A stretch of 32,000 nt of DNA, from contig NZ_CP030918.1 in the NCBI RefSeq assembly GCF_003324675.1, positions 3,210,001 to 3,242,000 on the forward strand, read 5' to 3'. Position numbers and translations under genes: made by a program. The DNA is from Paracoccus suum. GTDB taxonomy: Bacteria > Pseudomonadota > Alphaproteobacteria > Rhodobacterales > Rhodobacteraceae. The notes under the pieces were generated by a model. The model was not told where the DNA came from. It did no database searches and was given only the letters and a program-made list of their open reading frames with translations. Within the stretch, counting starts at the first letter, position 1; the number at the start of each line of letters is the position of its first letter. Shown here piece by piece: positions 1 through 8,834 of the stretch.

Positions 1-923
1 ACGCCGGGCGCGCCGGTCAGGCGGGTGGCGATGGCGCCGGGCGGCAAGACGGGCGGTTCGGTAAGTTGCGCAACGATCAGCGCGCCGCCCCAATCCAGAG
101 CCAGCGGTTCAAGCGTCGCGAGAATCCGCGCCGCCTGCGAGGGACGGCAGAGGATGCGCCACAGATCGCCCTCAGCATCAGAGGTCGGCATGTCGCCAAG
201 GCGCGGCCATGGATCGTCTGCGAGCTCGGTCACCATGCCGAATGGGGCCAGCACCCGCGCCAAGGCCTCCGCTCGCAAGGCCACCGATTGGGTCAGTCCC
301 TCCAGCCGCAGAATCGCGCCCGCATCTGGCAACCAGCCCGCGCCGGTAATATCAAACGGGCCTGTCAGCGCGGCGGTCAGAGCAGGCACCGCGGCGGCAG
401 CATCTAGGTCCAGCCGCAGCGTCCGGCGCGCCGGAGGAATCGGCGCGGTCTTCAGCGCGACCTCGGTCAGGATGCCGAGCCGCCCACGGCTGCCGGCCAT
501 CAACTTGACCAGATCATAGCCGGTGACGTTCTTCATCACCCGCCCGCCATTGGCAATTATCTCGCCGTTGCCATCGACCATGCGGATGCCCAGCATGGCA
601 TCGCGGCAGGCCCCCGCCTGCACCCGGCGCGGGCCGGAGGCGTTGGCCGCGCAGACCCCGCCGATAGTGCTGCCGGGCCGGGCCGGCGGCTCGAAGGCCA
701 GCATCTGGCCCTCGGCCGCGAGCACCGCCTCGACGTCGGCCAGTGGGGTGCCGGCCCGGGCGATCAGGGTCAGCGCGGCGGGCTCGTAAAGTGTGATGCC
801 GGTCAGGCCGGCGGTCGAGAGGCGCGGGCGATCCTCGCCCGGGAGCAGCCGCGTGCTGCCGCCAACCGGACGCAGCGGGACGGCTGCAGCGCGGACCAAG
901 GCGGCAAGATCGGCCTCGCTCAT
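1..923 (-). CDS. glcE: Glycolate oxidase FAD-binding subunit GlcE (3' end truncated by window start)
   Basis: Hand translation of the reverse strand from ATG at 923 gives MSEADLAALVRAAAVPLRPVGGSTRLLPGEDRP...VMKNVTGYDLVKLMAGSRGRLGILTEVA, an FAD-binding PCMH-type fold. It starts 34 nt downstream of the glcD stop. It is absent from the ORF track because it has no stop inside the window. Confidence 0.75.
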   Translation of the reverse strand, partial: MSEADLAALVRAAAVPLRPVGGSTRLLPGEDRPRLSTAGLTGITLYEPAALTLIARAGTPLADVEAVLAAEGQMLAFEPPARPGSTIGGVCAANASGPRRVQAGACRDAMLGIRMVDGNGEIIANGGRVMKNVTGYDLVKLMAGSRGRLGILTEVALKTAPIPPARRTLRLDLDAAAAVPALTAALTGPFDITGAGWLPDAGAILRLEGLTQSVALRAEALARVLAPFGMVTELADDPWPRLGDMPTSDAEGDLWRILCRPSQAARILATLEPLALDWGGALIVAQLTEPPVLPPGAIATRLTGAPG

Positions 924-957
924 CGGCGCAGCGGGATGCGCGCCGGCTGCGCCCCCG

Positions 958-2400
958 TCATGCGGCACGGGCAGGCTCGCGTCGGAGTGCCGAAATATGC
1001 AGCGGAAACACTTTGGCAGGGTTCAGCAGCCAGCCCGGATCGAACACGTCCTTGACGCGCATCTGCGCCTCGAGGTCGGGGCCGGTATATTGGGTGTCCA
1101 TCAGGTCGCGCTTCTCGATGCCGACGCCATGCTCGCCGGTCAGGCAGCCGCCGACCTCGACGCACAGACGCAGGATGTCCGCGCCGAACGCCTCGGCCCG
1201 TTCCAGATCCCCCGGCGCGTTCGCGTCATAAAGGATCAGCGGGTGCATGTTGCCATCGCCGGCATGAAAGACGTTGGCGACCTCCAGCCCGTGCTGGGCC
1301 GATAGCTGGCCGATGCGGGCCAGGACCTGCGGCAGGGCGCTGACCGGGATCGTCCCGTCGAGGCACATGTAATCGTTGATCTGGCCCATGGCGCCAAATG
1401 CCGACTTGCGGCCCAGCCAGATGCGGCGGCTTTCGTCCTCGGACCTGCTCTCGCGGAACTCGACCGGAGAAAAACCCTCGGCGATCTCGCGGATCAGGGC
1501 CAGTGCCTCGTCGATCTCGGCCGCGGTGCCCTCGACCTCGATGATCAGCAGCGCCTCGCAATCGGGATAGCCGGGCCGGGCGAACGCCTCGGTCGCGCGG
1601 ATGCAGGGACGGTCCATGAACTCGATCGCGACCGGCAGGACACCCGCGCGGATGATGGCGGCAACGCAGGCACCTGCGGCTTCGGCGCTGTCAAAGGCGA
1701 CCAGCACGGGACGCGCACCCGCCGGCCGGGGAAGGATGCGCAGGGTCGCCTCGGTGACGACACCCAGCTGACCCTCGCTGCCGCAGAGCACCCCCATCAG
1801 GTCGAGGCCGCCACTTTCGCCCATAGGGCCGCCCATCTCGATCACGGTGCCGTCCATCAGCACCACGGTGAGGCCAAGCAAATTGTTGGTCGTGACGCCA
1901 TATTTCAGGCAATGCGCCCCGCCGGAGTTCATCGCGATATTGCCGCCGATGGCGCAGGCGAGTTGCGAGGACGGGTCCGGCGCGTAGAAAAAGCCGTCAG
2001 CGGCAGCGGCATCCGTGACGGACAGGTTGGTGCGCCCGGTCTCGACCCGGATCAGGCGATCTTCGGGGCTGATTTCCAGCACGCGGGTCATGCGTGCAAG
2101 GCCAAGGACGACCGCATCGGCCGTCGGCATTGAGCCCCCGGCAAGGCTGGTGCCCGCGCCGCGCGGGACCACCGGCACGCCAAGGTCCGAACAGGCGCGC
2201 AGCACGGCCGCCACCTCTGCGGTCGAGCGCGGCAGCACCACCGCCAACGGGGCGCAGCGATAGGCGCTGAGGGCGTCGCATTCGTAAACCCGCGTCTCGG
2301 CCGGATCATGGATCACACAGCCCGGCGCCGCCGCCTCGAGCGCCGCGACGATTGCCGGACGCTGGGCCAGGATGCGCGGGTCGGGCGTGGGCATCTGCAT
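958..2400 (-). CDS. glcD: Glycolate oxidase subunit GlcD (FAD-linked oxidase)
   Basis: C-terminal 480 aa of ORF 958..3501(-), starting MQMPTPDPRILAQRPAIVAALE. FAD-linked oxidase motifs are present (PRGAGTSLAGG, GEHGVGIEKRDLM). It is followed by glcE. The upstream 367 aa of the ORF are Arg/Gly-rich non-coding read-through. Confidence 0.85.
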   Translation of the reverse strand: MQMPTPDPRILAQRPAIVAALEAAAPGCVIHDPAETRVYECDALSAYRCAPLAVVLPRSTAEVAAVLRACSDLGVPVVPRGAGTSLAGGSMPTADAVVLGLARMTRVLEISPEDRLIRVETGRTNLSVTDAAAADGFFYAPDPSSQLACAIGGNIAMNSGGAHCLKYGVTTNNLLGLTVVLMDGTVIEMGGPMGESGGLDLMGVLCGSEGQLGVVTEATLRILPRPAGARPVLVAFDSAEAAGACVAAIIRAGVLPVAIEFMDRPCIRATEAFARPGYPDCEALLIIEVEGTAAEIDEALALIREIAEGFSPVEFRESRSEDESRRIWLGRKSAFGAMGQINDYMCLDGTIPVSALPQVLARIGQLSAQHGLEVANVFHAGDGNMHPLILYDANAPGDLERAEAFGADILRLCVEVGGCLTGEHGVGIEKRDLMDTQYTGPDLEAQMRVKDVFDPGWLLNPAKVFPLHISALRREPARAA

Positions 2401-2560
2401 TGCGGGGCCTTTGGCGGCGGGAGCTGGCAAGTAAACGATAGGCAGCCGGCACGGGGCTTGTCCACGGGCGGGGTGACGCAGGCCTGCGCGCAAGGGCGTC
2501 GCAAAGCCACTCAGCCAGGCCACGGGCGACCCGCCGAAGACGGGAACGCACCGTCGGACG

Positions 2561-2589
2561 GTGACAGCGACCGTGGCCTCGCGTATTCT
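2561..2589 (+). promoter_or_regulatory. Putative sigma70-like promoter (GTGACA-N17-TATTCT) ending 6 nt before the DUF599 ATG
   Basis: GTGACA at 2561-2566, 17-nt spacer, TATTCT at 2584-2589, ATG at 2596. There is no purine-rich SD in between. Confidence 0.3.
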
Positions 2590-2595
2590 TGCGCC

Positions 2596-3303
2596 ATGAT
2601 TAACCTGCCCGCCGGCCTCACTTTTCTCGACGTCGCCTCCGTCGCGCTGCACCTCGCGGCCTGGGGTCTGGTCAGCCATGCAATCGAGCATCCGCGGCCG
2701 GACAAGCCCTCGGTTTCCGCTGCAATGCGGGTCTATCGGCGAGGCTGGATGGAGCAATTTCTGGCCCGCGACACGCGCATTTTCGACGGGAACATCCTGT
2801 CGATCCTGCAGCACAGCACCTCGTTCTTTGCATCGGCCTGCATGATCGCCATCGGGGGCGGCCTGGCGCTGATCGGCAATGCCGACATGGTGGCGAGCAT
2901 GGCCCAGGACGTGGATGTCGGACCCGCCTCGCCGCAGGCGCTGCGCATCAAGATCGTGCTGGCGCTGATCCTGGTCATCAACGCTTTCCTCAAGTTCGTC
3001 TGGGCGCTGCGGCTGTTCGGATATTGCGCGATCCTGATGGCATCGGTCCCCAACGATCCGGCCGCGCCCGGGGCGCGGGGCCTCGCCATGAAGGCGGCCG
3101 AGGTGAACATCAACGCGGCCCGCAACTTCAACGCCGGGATGCGCGCGATCTATTTCGCGATCAGCGCCCTCGCCTGGCTGATCGGACCCTGGGCGCTGAC
3201 CTTGGCAACCATCGTCGTCACCTGGTCGGCCTGGCGGCGCGAATTCGCCTCGGGATCGCGACGCGCAATTCTGGCCGACGACGCGGCCCCGCCTACCAAC
3301 TGA
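2596..3303 (+). CDS. DUF599-family integral membrane protein
   Basis: Internal ATG of ORF 2308..3303(+). The product MINLPAGLTFLDVASVALHLAAWGLVSHAIEHP... has several hydrophobic helices. The DUF599 family resemblance is recalled from memory. Confidence 0.65.
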   Translation: MINLPAGLTFLDVASVALHLAAWGLVSHAIEHPRPDKPSVSAAMRVYRRGWMEQFLARDTRIFDGNILSILQHSTSFFASACMIAIGGGLALIGNADMVASMAQDVDVGPASPQALRIKIVLALILVINAFLKFVWALRLFGYCAILMASVPNDPAAPGARGLAMKAAEVNINAARNFNAGMRAIYFAISALAWLIGPWALTLATIVVTWSAWRREFASGSRRAILADDAAPPTN

Positions 3304-3958
3304 GCCAGCGCCGTCCGGCGAGCGCGCCAAGCCCGGCGGTGACAAGGACGCCGAGGCTGTACCAGACAAGAAAGAACAGCGGCGCATCCTCGATACAATG
3401 GAGGGAATAGACTGCGCCGGCGAGGCCACCGGCGGCAAGGCCCGCCAGTGCGCCGCTGACGGCGGGCGCGGTGCTGGCGCCGCCCCGGGCCAGCGCCCCA
3501 ATCAGCGCCGCCAGCATTGGCAGCGACATCAGCGGAATGGCAACAAAGCAGAACAGCGCCGAATGACCCAGCGCCGTCTTTAGCCACGCAGCCGCCGGGA
3601 TCACTGCCAGCGACAGGCCGAGGCCAATCGCCGCCGTAAGCCCGAGGGTCGCCAGCAGCCAGCGGGCCGGCCCCGGCACCGCAGCCTCAGGGCGCGCGCG
3701 GGCCACGGCGGCCGGCAGCGCCACCATCGCCACCAGCAGCGGCAGCAGCGCCTTGGTCATGGTGGGCGGATTGGTCATCGCCCAGCCAAGGCGCGGGCGC
3801 AGACCCATGGCCACCAGAGAAAGCGCCGCCACCGCCGCCAACGCCAGCAGCGTCCAGGCGAGCGCGGCGCGGCGCAGATCCGCTGCCTGCGGCACCTGCC
3901 TGTCCTGCGCCATCGCTGCGATCAGCATGTCGGTCTGCATCGAATCCCTCAGCCCCAT
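3293..3958 (-). CDS. nrsF: NrsF-family anti-sigma factor (DUF1109, multi-pass membrane)
   Basis: C-terminal part of ORF 3293..4348(-): (MGLRDS)MQTDMLIAAMAQDRQVPQAADLRRAALAWTLLALAAVAAL..., with six predicted TM helices, immediately after the ECF sigma stop. An alternative start is the ATG at 3940. Confidence 0.75.
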   Translation of the reverse strand: MGLRDSMQTDMLIAAMAQDRQVPQAADLRRAALAWTLLALAAVAALSLVAMGLRPRLGWAMTNPPTMTKALLPLLVAMVALPAAVARARPEAAVPGPARWLLATLGLTAAIGLGLSLAVIPAAAWLKTALGHSALFCFVAIPLMSLPMLAALIGALARGGASTAPAVSGALAGLAAGGLAGAVYSLHCIEDAPLFFLVWYSLGVLVTAGLGALAGRRWLSW

Positions 3959-3960
3959 GC

Positions 3961-4509
3961 TCAACCCTCGCCCCGCCAGGCGGCGAGGCGCCTGAGGGCG
4001 CGGTGCAGCGCCACGCGCACCGCGCCCTCGGTCATTCCCAAATCGGCCCCCGCCTCGGCCGCGGTGTGCCCCTCCAGCGCGGTGGCGCGCAGGATCGCCG
4101 CCTCGCGCGGTGGTAGCCGCGCCAGCAGGCGCTGGGCGTCGACGCGGTCCGCGGGATCGGTCGGCGCCGGCGCCGGCAGCACCTCGGCCAGATCGTCCAG
4201 CGGCAGCGTCAGGCGGCGTGCGCGCAGCGCATCGATCAGCTTGTGCCGCGCGATGGCGTAGAGCCACGGCCGCACCGGCGCATCGGGCCGCCAGCTTGCC
4301 CGCCGCAAGTGAATCGCCAACAACACGGTCTGAACCACATCCTCGCAATCGGCCGGGTCCATCCCGCCAGCACTCGTTCCCGCCCGAGACCGCACGATGC
4401 CCCGGATCGTCGGGGTCACGACGGTGAGGAATCGGGCGTAGGCCGCGCTATCGCCCGCATTGGCGGCACGAAGCAGCGCCTCCCAATTCTCGGTGTCGCG
4501 GGCGGTCAT
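3961..4509 (-). CDS. ECF (sigma-70 family, group 4) RNA polymerase sigma factor, SigF/ECF16-like
   Basis: ORF 3961..4509(-), 182 aa. Region 2 (DVVQTVLLAIHLRRASWRPDAPVRPWLYAIARHKLIDALR) and region 4 (AAEAGADLGMTEGAVRVALHRALRRL) are recognisable. It is paired with a DUF1109 anti-sigma gene. Confidence 0.9.
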   Translation of the reverse strand: MTARDTENWEALLRAANAGDSAAYARFLTVVTPTIRGIVRSRAGTSAGGMDPADCEDVVQTVLLAIHLRRASWRPDAPVRPWLYAIARHKLIDALRARRLTLPLDDLAEVLPAPAPTDPADRVDAQRLLARLPPREAAILRATALEGHTAAEAGADLGMTEGAVRVALHRALRRLAAWRGEG

Positions 4510-4523
4510 GTTCGCGATGTCCT

Positions 4524-4550
4524 TTCGCGGGTCAGGAACGCGGCGTTACA
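4524..4550 (-). promoter_or_regulatory. Putative ECF16/SigF-type autoregulatory promoter (TGTAACG-N16-CGAA)
   Basis: The reverse strand reads TGTAACG-CCGCGTTCCTGACCCG-CGAA-AGGACATCGCGAAC-ATG. This resembles the GTAACC-N16-CGAA motif that I recall being reported for Caulobacter SigF-dependent promoters. The -10 element ends 14 nt before the ATG. Confidence 0.5.
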
Positions 4551-4557
4551 GCCCCGG

Positions 4558-5286
4558 TCACAAAAAGAGCGAGAGCACCCAGGGGGCGAGGATCGCGGTC
4601 ATCACGGCGTTCAGGCCCATGCCGATGCCGGCAAAGGCGCCGGCGGTCTGGTTGACCTGCAAGGCGCGGGCCGTGCCGATGCCATGCGCGGCCACCCCGG
4701 TGGCAAAGCCGCGCGCGCGCCAGTCGCGCACCCGCAGGGCGTTCAGCAGGGGCGTTGCGATGATCGCCCCGAAAATCCCCGTGGCGAGGACCAGAACGGC
4801 GGTCAGGGTCGGCGCGCCGCCGATCCGCTCGGCGATGCCGATGGCCACGGGCGCGGTCGCGGATTTGGGGGCGAGCGCAGCGAGGGTGGCGGGCGGCAAA
4901 CCGCAAAGCGCCGCAACCCCCAATGCCACGACCACGGCCGTCAGCGAGCCTGCGAGCAGCGCGGCCGCCATCGGCAGCGCGGCCTGCCGCACCCGTCCGA
5001 GATTGTCCCACAGCGGCAGCGCCAGCGCGACCGTCGCGGGGCCGAGCAGGAAATGGACGAACTGCGCGCCGTCGAAGTAATCGGCGTAGTCGGTGCCGCT
5101 CAGTTCCAGCACGGTGCCGATCAGAATCACCGCGATCAGCACCGGATTGGCCCATGGCTTTCGCCCGCTGCGCCGCGACAGCGCGTCGCCAACCAGATAG
5201 GCGGCCAACGTCAGCGTCAGCCACAGCAGTGGACCGCGGCTGAGATAGGACCAGATCAGCGCCGCCGTACCCGGCTCAGGATTCAT
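4558..5286 (-). CDS. lrgB: LrgB-family membrane protein
   Basis: Internal ATG of ORF 4558..5361(-): MNPEPGTAALIWSYLSRGPLLWLTLTLAAYLVGD...APKSATAPVAIGIAERIGG. This is a typical LrgB signature. The start overlaps the lrgA stop by 11 nt. Confidence 0.85.
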   Translation of the reverse strand: MNPEPGTAALIWSYLSRGPLLWLTLTLAAYLVGDALSRRSGRKPWANPVLIAVILIGTVLELSGTDYADYFDGAQFVHFLLGPATVALALPLWDNLGRVRQAALPMAAALLAGSLTAVVVALGVAALCGLPPATLAALAPKSATAPVAIGIAERIGGAPTLTAVLVLATGIFGAIIATPLLNALRVRDWRARGFATGVAAHGIGTARALQVNQTAGAFAGIGMGLNAVMTAILAPWVLSLFL

Positions 5287-5704
5287 CGTGGGCCTCGCCA
5301 GCTGAGGTAGCGGGCGAACCGGTAAGCCGGGCGACGGCGACGAACACCAGCGCGCCCACACCGATGGCCGCGGCGGTCGAGGTCGCCAGTGCGAGGACTA
5401 GCGCCGGCCCCTCGTCCCGCAGCAGCGGCAGGTGGGCGACGATGCCGACGCCGGCCGGTACGAACATCAGGGAGAGATTGGCGAGCAACGACTGGCCGAC
5501 GGGCCGCACCAGCGCGACCAGCCCCGGCGCCAGCCAGAAGCCGACCAGCAATGCGGCCATGCCAAGCACCGGGCCGGGGACCGGCAGGCCAAGGCCGCGG
5601 CTGACCACCTCGCCCGCCAGTTGCAGGGCGAGGATGACGAGGCAGGCCAGCACCAGACGCGGTGGCCCGGCGGTGGGCGCGGCGGGGTCGGGGCTCGTAG
5701 CCAT
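5276..5704 (-). CDS. lrgA: CidA/LrgA-family membrane protein
   Basis: ORF 5276..5749(-); the likely start is MATSPDPAAP at 5704. It is a small four-helix hydrophobic protein directly upstream of, and overlapping, lrgB. Confidence 0.8.
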   Translation of the reverse strand: MATSPDPAAPTAGPPRLVLACLVILALQLAGEVVSRGLGLPVPGPVLGMAALLVGFWLAPGLVALVRPVGQSLLANLSLMFVPAGVGIVAHLPLLRDEGPALVLALATSTAAAIGVGALVFVAVARLTGSPATSAGEAHDES

Positions 5705-5860
5705 CAGATCAGTCCGTCGCGGATGCAATCGCGCCAACACATGGTGCAAAGCTGAGGGTTACCTGCGCCCTGCCCGCCTGGAGCGCGAGCAGATGGCCCA
5801 CCAAATCGGAAGGCGAGCGATTGAGCGGGCCGGCCCATGGTCAATTTCACCGCGCCGCCG

Positions 5861-8665
5861 CTAGTGCGCTTCGGCCCAACTGCCGCCGGCCCCACCCTCG
5901 ACCACCAGAGGGACGGACAGGCGGACCACAGGCTCGGCCGCGCCCTCCATCACCTTGCGGGCGCGGGCGATCAACTCGTCGACCTCCGCCTCGGGCGCCT
6001 CGAACACCAGTTCGTCATGGACCTGCAGCAGCATGCGCGCCTGCAACCCCTCCAATGCGTCGGGCATGCGGATCATGGCGCGGCGGATGATGTCGGCAGC
6101 GGCGCCCTGGATGGGCGCGTTGATCGCCTGCCGCCGTGCGCCCGCCTGGGCCGGCCCGTTCAGCGCGATGCCGGGTGTGTGGATGCGCCGGCCGAACATG
6201 GTGCTGACGTAGCCGTTGCGCTTTGCCTCTGCCACGGTGTTGTCCATGTAGGCGCGGATTTCGGGGAAGCGCTCGAAATAGGTGTCGATGAAGGCCTGCG
6301 CCTCGGCCCGCGGAATCTTGAGGTTTCGCGCGAGACCGAAGCCGGAAATGCCGTAGATAACGCCAAAGTTGATCGCCTTGGCGCGGTTGCGCGTCTCGCG
6401 GTCCATCTTGTCGATCGGCACGCCGAACATCTGGCTGGCGGTCATGGTGTGGATGTCGATCCCCTCGCGGAACGCCTGCTTCAGCGCCGGGATGTCGGCG
6501 ACATGGGCCAGCAGCCGCAATTCGATCTGGCTGTAGTCGAGGCTGATCAGTCGTTTGCCGGGCGGTGCGACGAAGGCCTCGCGGATGCGGCGGCCCTCCT
6601 CGGTGCGGATCGGGATATTCTGCAGGTTTGGCTCGGTCGAGGCGAGGCGGCCAGTGGTCGCGCCGGCGATCTGATAGCTGGTGTGCACCCGGCCGCTGTC
6701 GGGGTTCACATAGGTCTGCAGCGCGTCGGTATAGGTCGCCTTCAGCTTGCTGATCAGCCGCCAGTCCAGCACCCGCTGCGGCAGCTCGTGCCCCTCGCCG
6801 GCCAGATCCTCAAGCACGTCCGCGCCGGTCGACAGCGCCCCGGTCTTGCCCGACTTGCGGCCCCCCGTCATGCCCATCTGGCTGAACAGGATCTCGCCCA
6901 GCTGCTTGGGCGAGCCGATGTTGAACCGCTGCCCGGCGAGGCGGAACACGTCATCCTCGATCCCCGCCAGCTTCTGGGCAAAGTCGCCGGACATGCGGTT
7001 CAGCCGCGCCGGATCAATGCTGACGCCCTCGCGCTCCATCGCGGCCAGCACCGGGATCAGCGGCCGCTCCAGTGTCTCGTAGACCGCGGTCACGCCGGCG
7101 GCGGGCAGGCGCGGGCGGAAATTCTGCCACAGCCGCCAGATCATCTCCGCCTCCTCGGCGGCCGGGCGCGTGGCGACGTCGGGGGCGAGGCGGGCGAAGG
7201 TCAGGGCATTGCGACCACTGCCCAGCACCTCTTTCAGAGGCGCGCGGCGATGGCCCAGGTTGCCCTCAGACAACTCGTCCAGCCCGTGGCCCTGCGCGCC
7301 GGCACTCATCGCGTAGCTCATCAGCATAACATCGGCGACCGGGGCGAGCGCGATCCCATGGCGGGCCAGGTATTTGGCATCGCGCTTGATATCGTGGCCG
7401 ATCTTCACGATGGCCGGGTCCTCGAGCATCGGCCGCAGCGCATCGAGGGCAGCCTCGGGCGAAAGCTGGTCAGCGGCGCGGTCGGCGAACAGCCCGTCGC
7501 CGCCGCCCAGATGCCCCGTCGGGATATAGGCGCCGAGGCCGACACCGGGCGAGATGGCGACGCCGGTCAGGCCGGCCTGCAATTCGTCAAGCCGGTCAAG
7601 TTGCAGGTCCAGCGCCACAGCCCCTTCCTGCCCGATGGCCGCGAGCCATGGGGCGAGCGCGTCCAGATCGGTGATGGTGACATAGCTGGCCGGGTCGATG
7701 GGGGGCAGCACCGGCGGGGGCGCCGCCTCTGCGGCGGCGGGGGGCGCGGCGGGGGCGTCGATGATCGCCGGTGGTCCAAGGCGAAAGCGTTCCGCCACGC
7801 GGTTGGCCAGCGTGCGAAACTGCATCTCGGACAGAAAATCGAGCAACTGCTTATGGTCAGGCTCGGCAACCTCGAGGCTTTCCAGCGTCAGGTCGGGGGC
7901 GCTTTCGCAATCCAGCGTTACCAGTTGCTTCGAGACGCGGATGTTGTCGGCATGGTCGATCAGCGTCTGGCGGCGTTTCGGCTGCTTGATTTCGTCCGCA
8001 CGGGCGAGCAGCGATTCCAGATCGCCGAACTCGTTGATCAGTTGCGCGGCGGTCTTGATCCCGATCCCTGGCGCACCCGGCACGTTGTCGACGGAATCGC
8101 CCGCAAGCGCCTGAACGTCGGTTACTTTTTCTGGATAGACGCCAAACTTCTCGAATACCTCGTCGCGGCCGATGCGCTTGTTCTTGATCGGGTCCAGCAT
8201 TTCGACCCCGTCGCCGACTAGCTGCATCAGGTCCTTGTCGCTGCTGATGATGGTGACCTTGCCGCCGGCCTCGCGCGCCCGGCAGGCCAGCGCACCGATG
8301 ATGTCATCGGCCTCGAAATCCTTGATCTCGAGGCATGCCACGTTGAAAGCACGGGTCGCGTCGCGGGTCAGCGGAAACTGCGGGCGCAGATCGTCCGGCG
8401 GGTCTGGCCGGTTCGCCTTGTAGTCGGCGTAGAGATCGTTGCGGAAGGTCTTGGCCGAGTGATCGAAGACCACAGCGGCATGGGTCGGGGCATCGTTGCC
8501 GCGCGAATCCTCGATATATTTCCAGAGCATGTTGCAGAACCCTGCGACCGCGCCGACAGGCAGGCCGTCGGTCTTGCGGGTCAACGGCGGCAGCGCGTGA
8601 TAGGCCCGGAAGATGAAGGCCGAGCCGTCGATCAGGTGCAGGTGGTGGCCCTTGCCAAAGCTCAT
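5861..8665 (-). CDS. polA: DNA polymerase I
   Basis: C-terminal 934 aa of ORF 5861..9196(-), starting MSFGKGHHLHLIDGSAFIFRAYHALPPL (5'-3' exonuclease domain). Pol A motifs are present further on (DYSQIELRLLAH, QVHDELVFE). Confidence 0.97.
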   Translation of the reverse strand: MSFGKGHHLHLIDGSAFIFRAYHALPPLTRKTDGLPVGAVAGFCNMLWKYIEDSRGNDAPTHAAVVFDHSAKTFRNDLYADYKANRPDPPDDLRPQFPLTRDATRAFNVACLEIKDFEADDIIGALACRAREAGGKVTIISSDKDLMQLVGDGVEMLDPIKNKRIGRDEVFEKFGVYPEKVTDVQALAGDSVDNVPGAPGIGIKTAAQLINEFGDLESLLARADEIKQPKRRQTLIDHADNIRVSKQLVTLDCESAPDLTLESLEVAEPDHKQLLDFLSEMQFRTLANRVAERFRLGPPAIIDAPAAPPAAAEAAPPPVLPPIDPASYVTITDLDALAPWLAAIGQEGAVALDLQLDRLDELQAGLTGVAISPGVGLGAYIPTGHLGGGDGLFADRAADQLSPEAALDALRPMLEDPAIVKIGHDIKRDAKYLARHGIALAPVADVMLMSYAMSAGAQGHGLDELSEGNLGHRRAPLKEVLGSGRNALTFARLAPDVATRPAAEEAEMIWRLWQNFRPRLPAAGVTAVYETLERPLIPVLAAMEREGVSIDPARLNRMSGDFAQKLAGIEDDVFRLAGQRFNIGSPKQLGEILFSQMGMTGGRKSGKTGALSTGADVLEDLAGEGHELPQRVLDWRLISKLKATYTDALQTYVNPDSGRVHTSYQIAGATTGRLASTEPNLQNIPIRTEEGRRIREAFVAPPGKRLISLDYSQIELRLLAHVADIPALKQAFREGIDIHTMTASQMFGVPIDKMDRETRNRAKAINFGVIYGISGFGLARNLKIPRAEAQAFIDTYFERFPEIRAYMDNTVAEAKRNGYVSTMFGRRIHTPGIALNGPAQAGARRQAINAPIQGAAADIIRRAMIRMPDALEGLQARMLLQVHDELVFEAPEAEVDELIARARKVMEGAAEPVVRLSVPLVVEGGAGGSWAEAH

Positions 8666-8834
8666 GGGGGTGGCCTTTCCGATTGCCGCGGTCGGGGTTG
8701 TCGCATGGAAGCGCGGCGCTTGCCAACTGCGGGCGCGGCCGGCTGCTGGACCATATCTAGGCGCGCGCGCGTCCCCTTGCCACCGGCCCCGTCCGGCGCT
8801 GGCGTTCCCGCCCTTGCCCCGCCATAACCCCGCC

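Noticed and set aside
25-1305. Several + strand ORFs at the window start (25..519, 66..407, 523..789, 793..1305)
   Set aside because: They are antisense to the clearly homologous glcE/glcD reading frames on the - strand and have low-complexity Arg/Ser/Ala composition.
2543-2571. GGAAC in the glcD/DUF599 intergenic region
   Set aside because: No CGTT occurs at 16-18 nt; the nearest CGAC is 20 nt away. It also lacks the extended TTGGGGAAC context of the two reported sites.
3293-3303. Convergent 3'-end overlaps (DUF599/nrsF 11 nt here; hydrolase/prs 28 nt at 17641..17668)
   Set aside because: The overlaps are real in the sequence. Such short tail-to-tail overlaps are common in compact high-GC genomes, and nothing suggests a special function.
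5737-5763. GGTAACC on the - strand ~35 nt upstream of lrgA, resembling the SigF-type -35 element
   Set aside because: The sequence 16 nt downstream is GTGT, not CGAA. A -35 hexamer alone is not sufficient evidence for ECF control of lrgAB.
5837-8221. 794-aa ORF on the + strand (also 11022..12530 -, 15303..16838 -, 16612..18144 +, 28306..29325 -, 4243..5310 +, 22940..24130 +)
   Set aside because: Each lies antisense to, or out of frame with, a gene that has unmistakable homology (polA, purF, purD, groEL and others). Their products are Arg/Gly/Ala/Pro-rich with no recognisable motifs. Long stop-free alternative frames are expected in DNA this GC-rich.
8666-8834. Search for an alphaproteobacterial LexA box (GTTC-N7-GTTC) between the divergent polA and radA genes
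   Set aside because: Only a single GTTC is present, with no partner at the right spacing.
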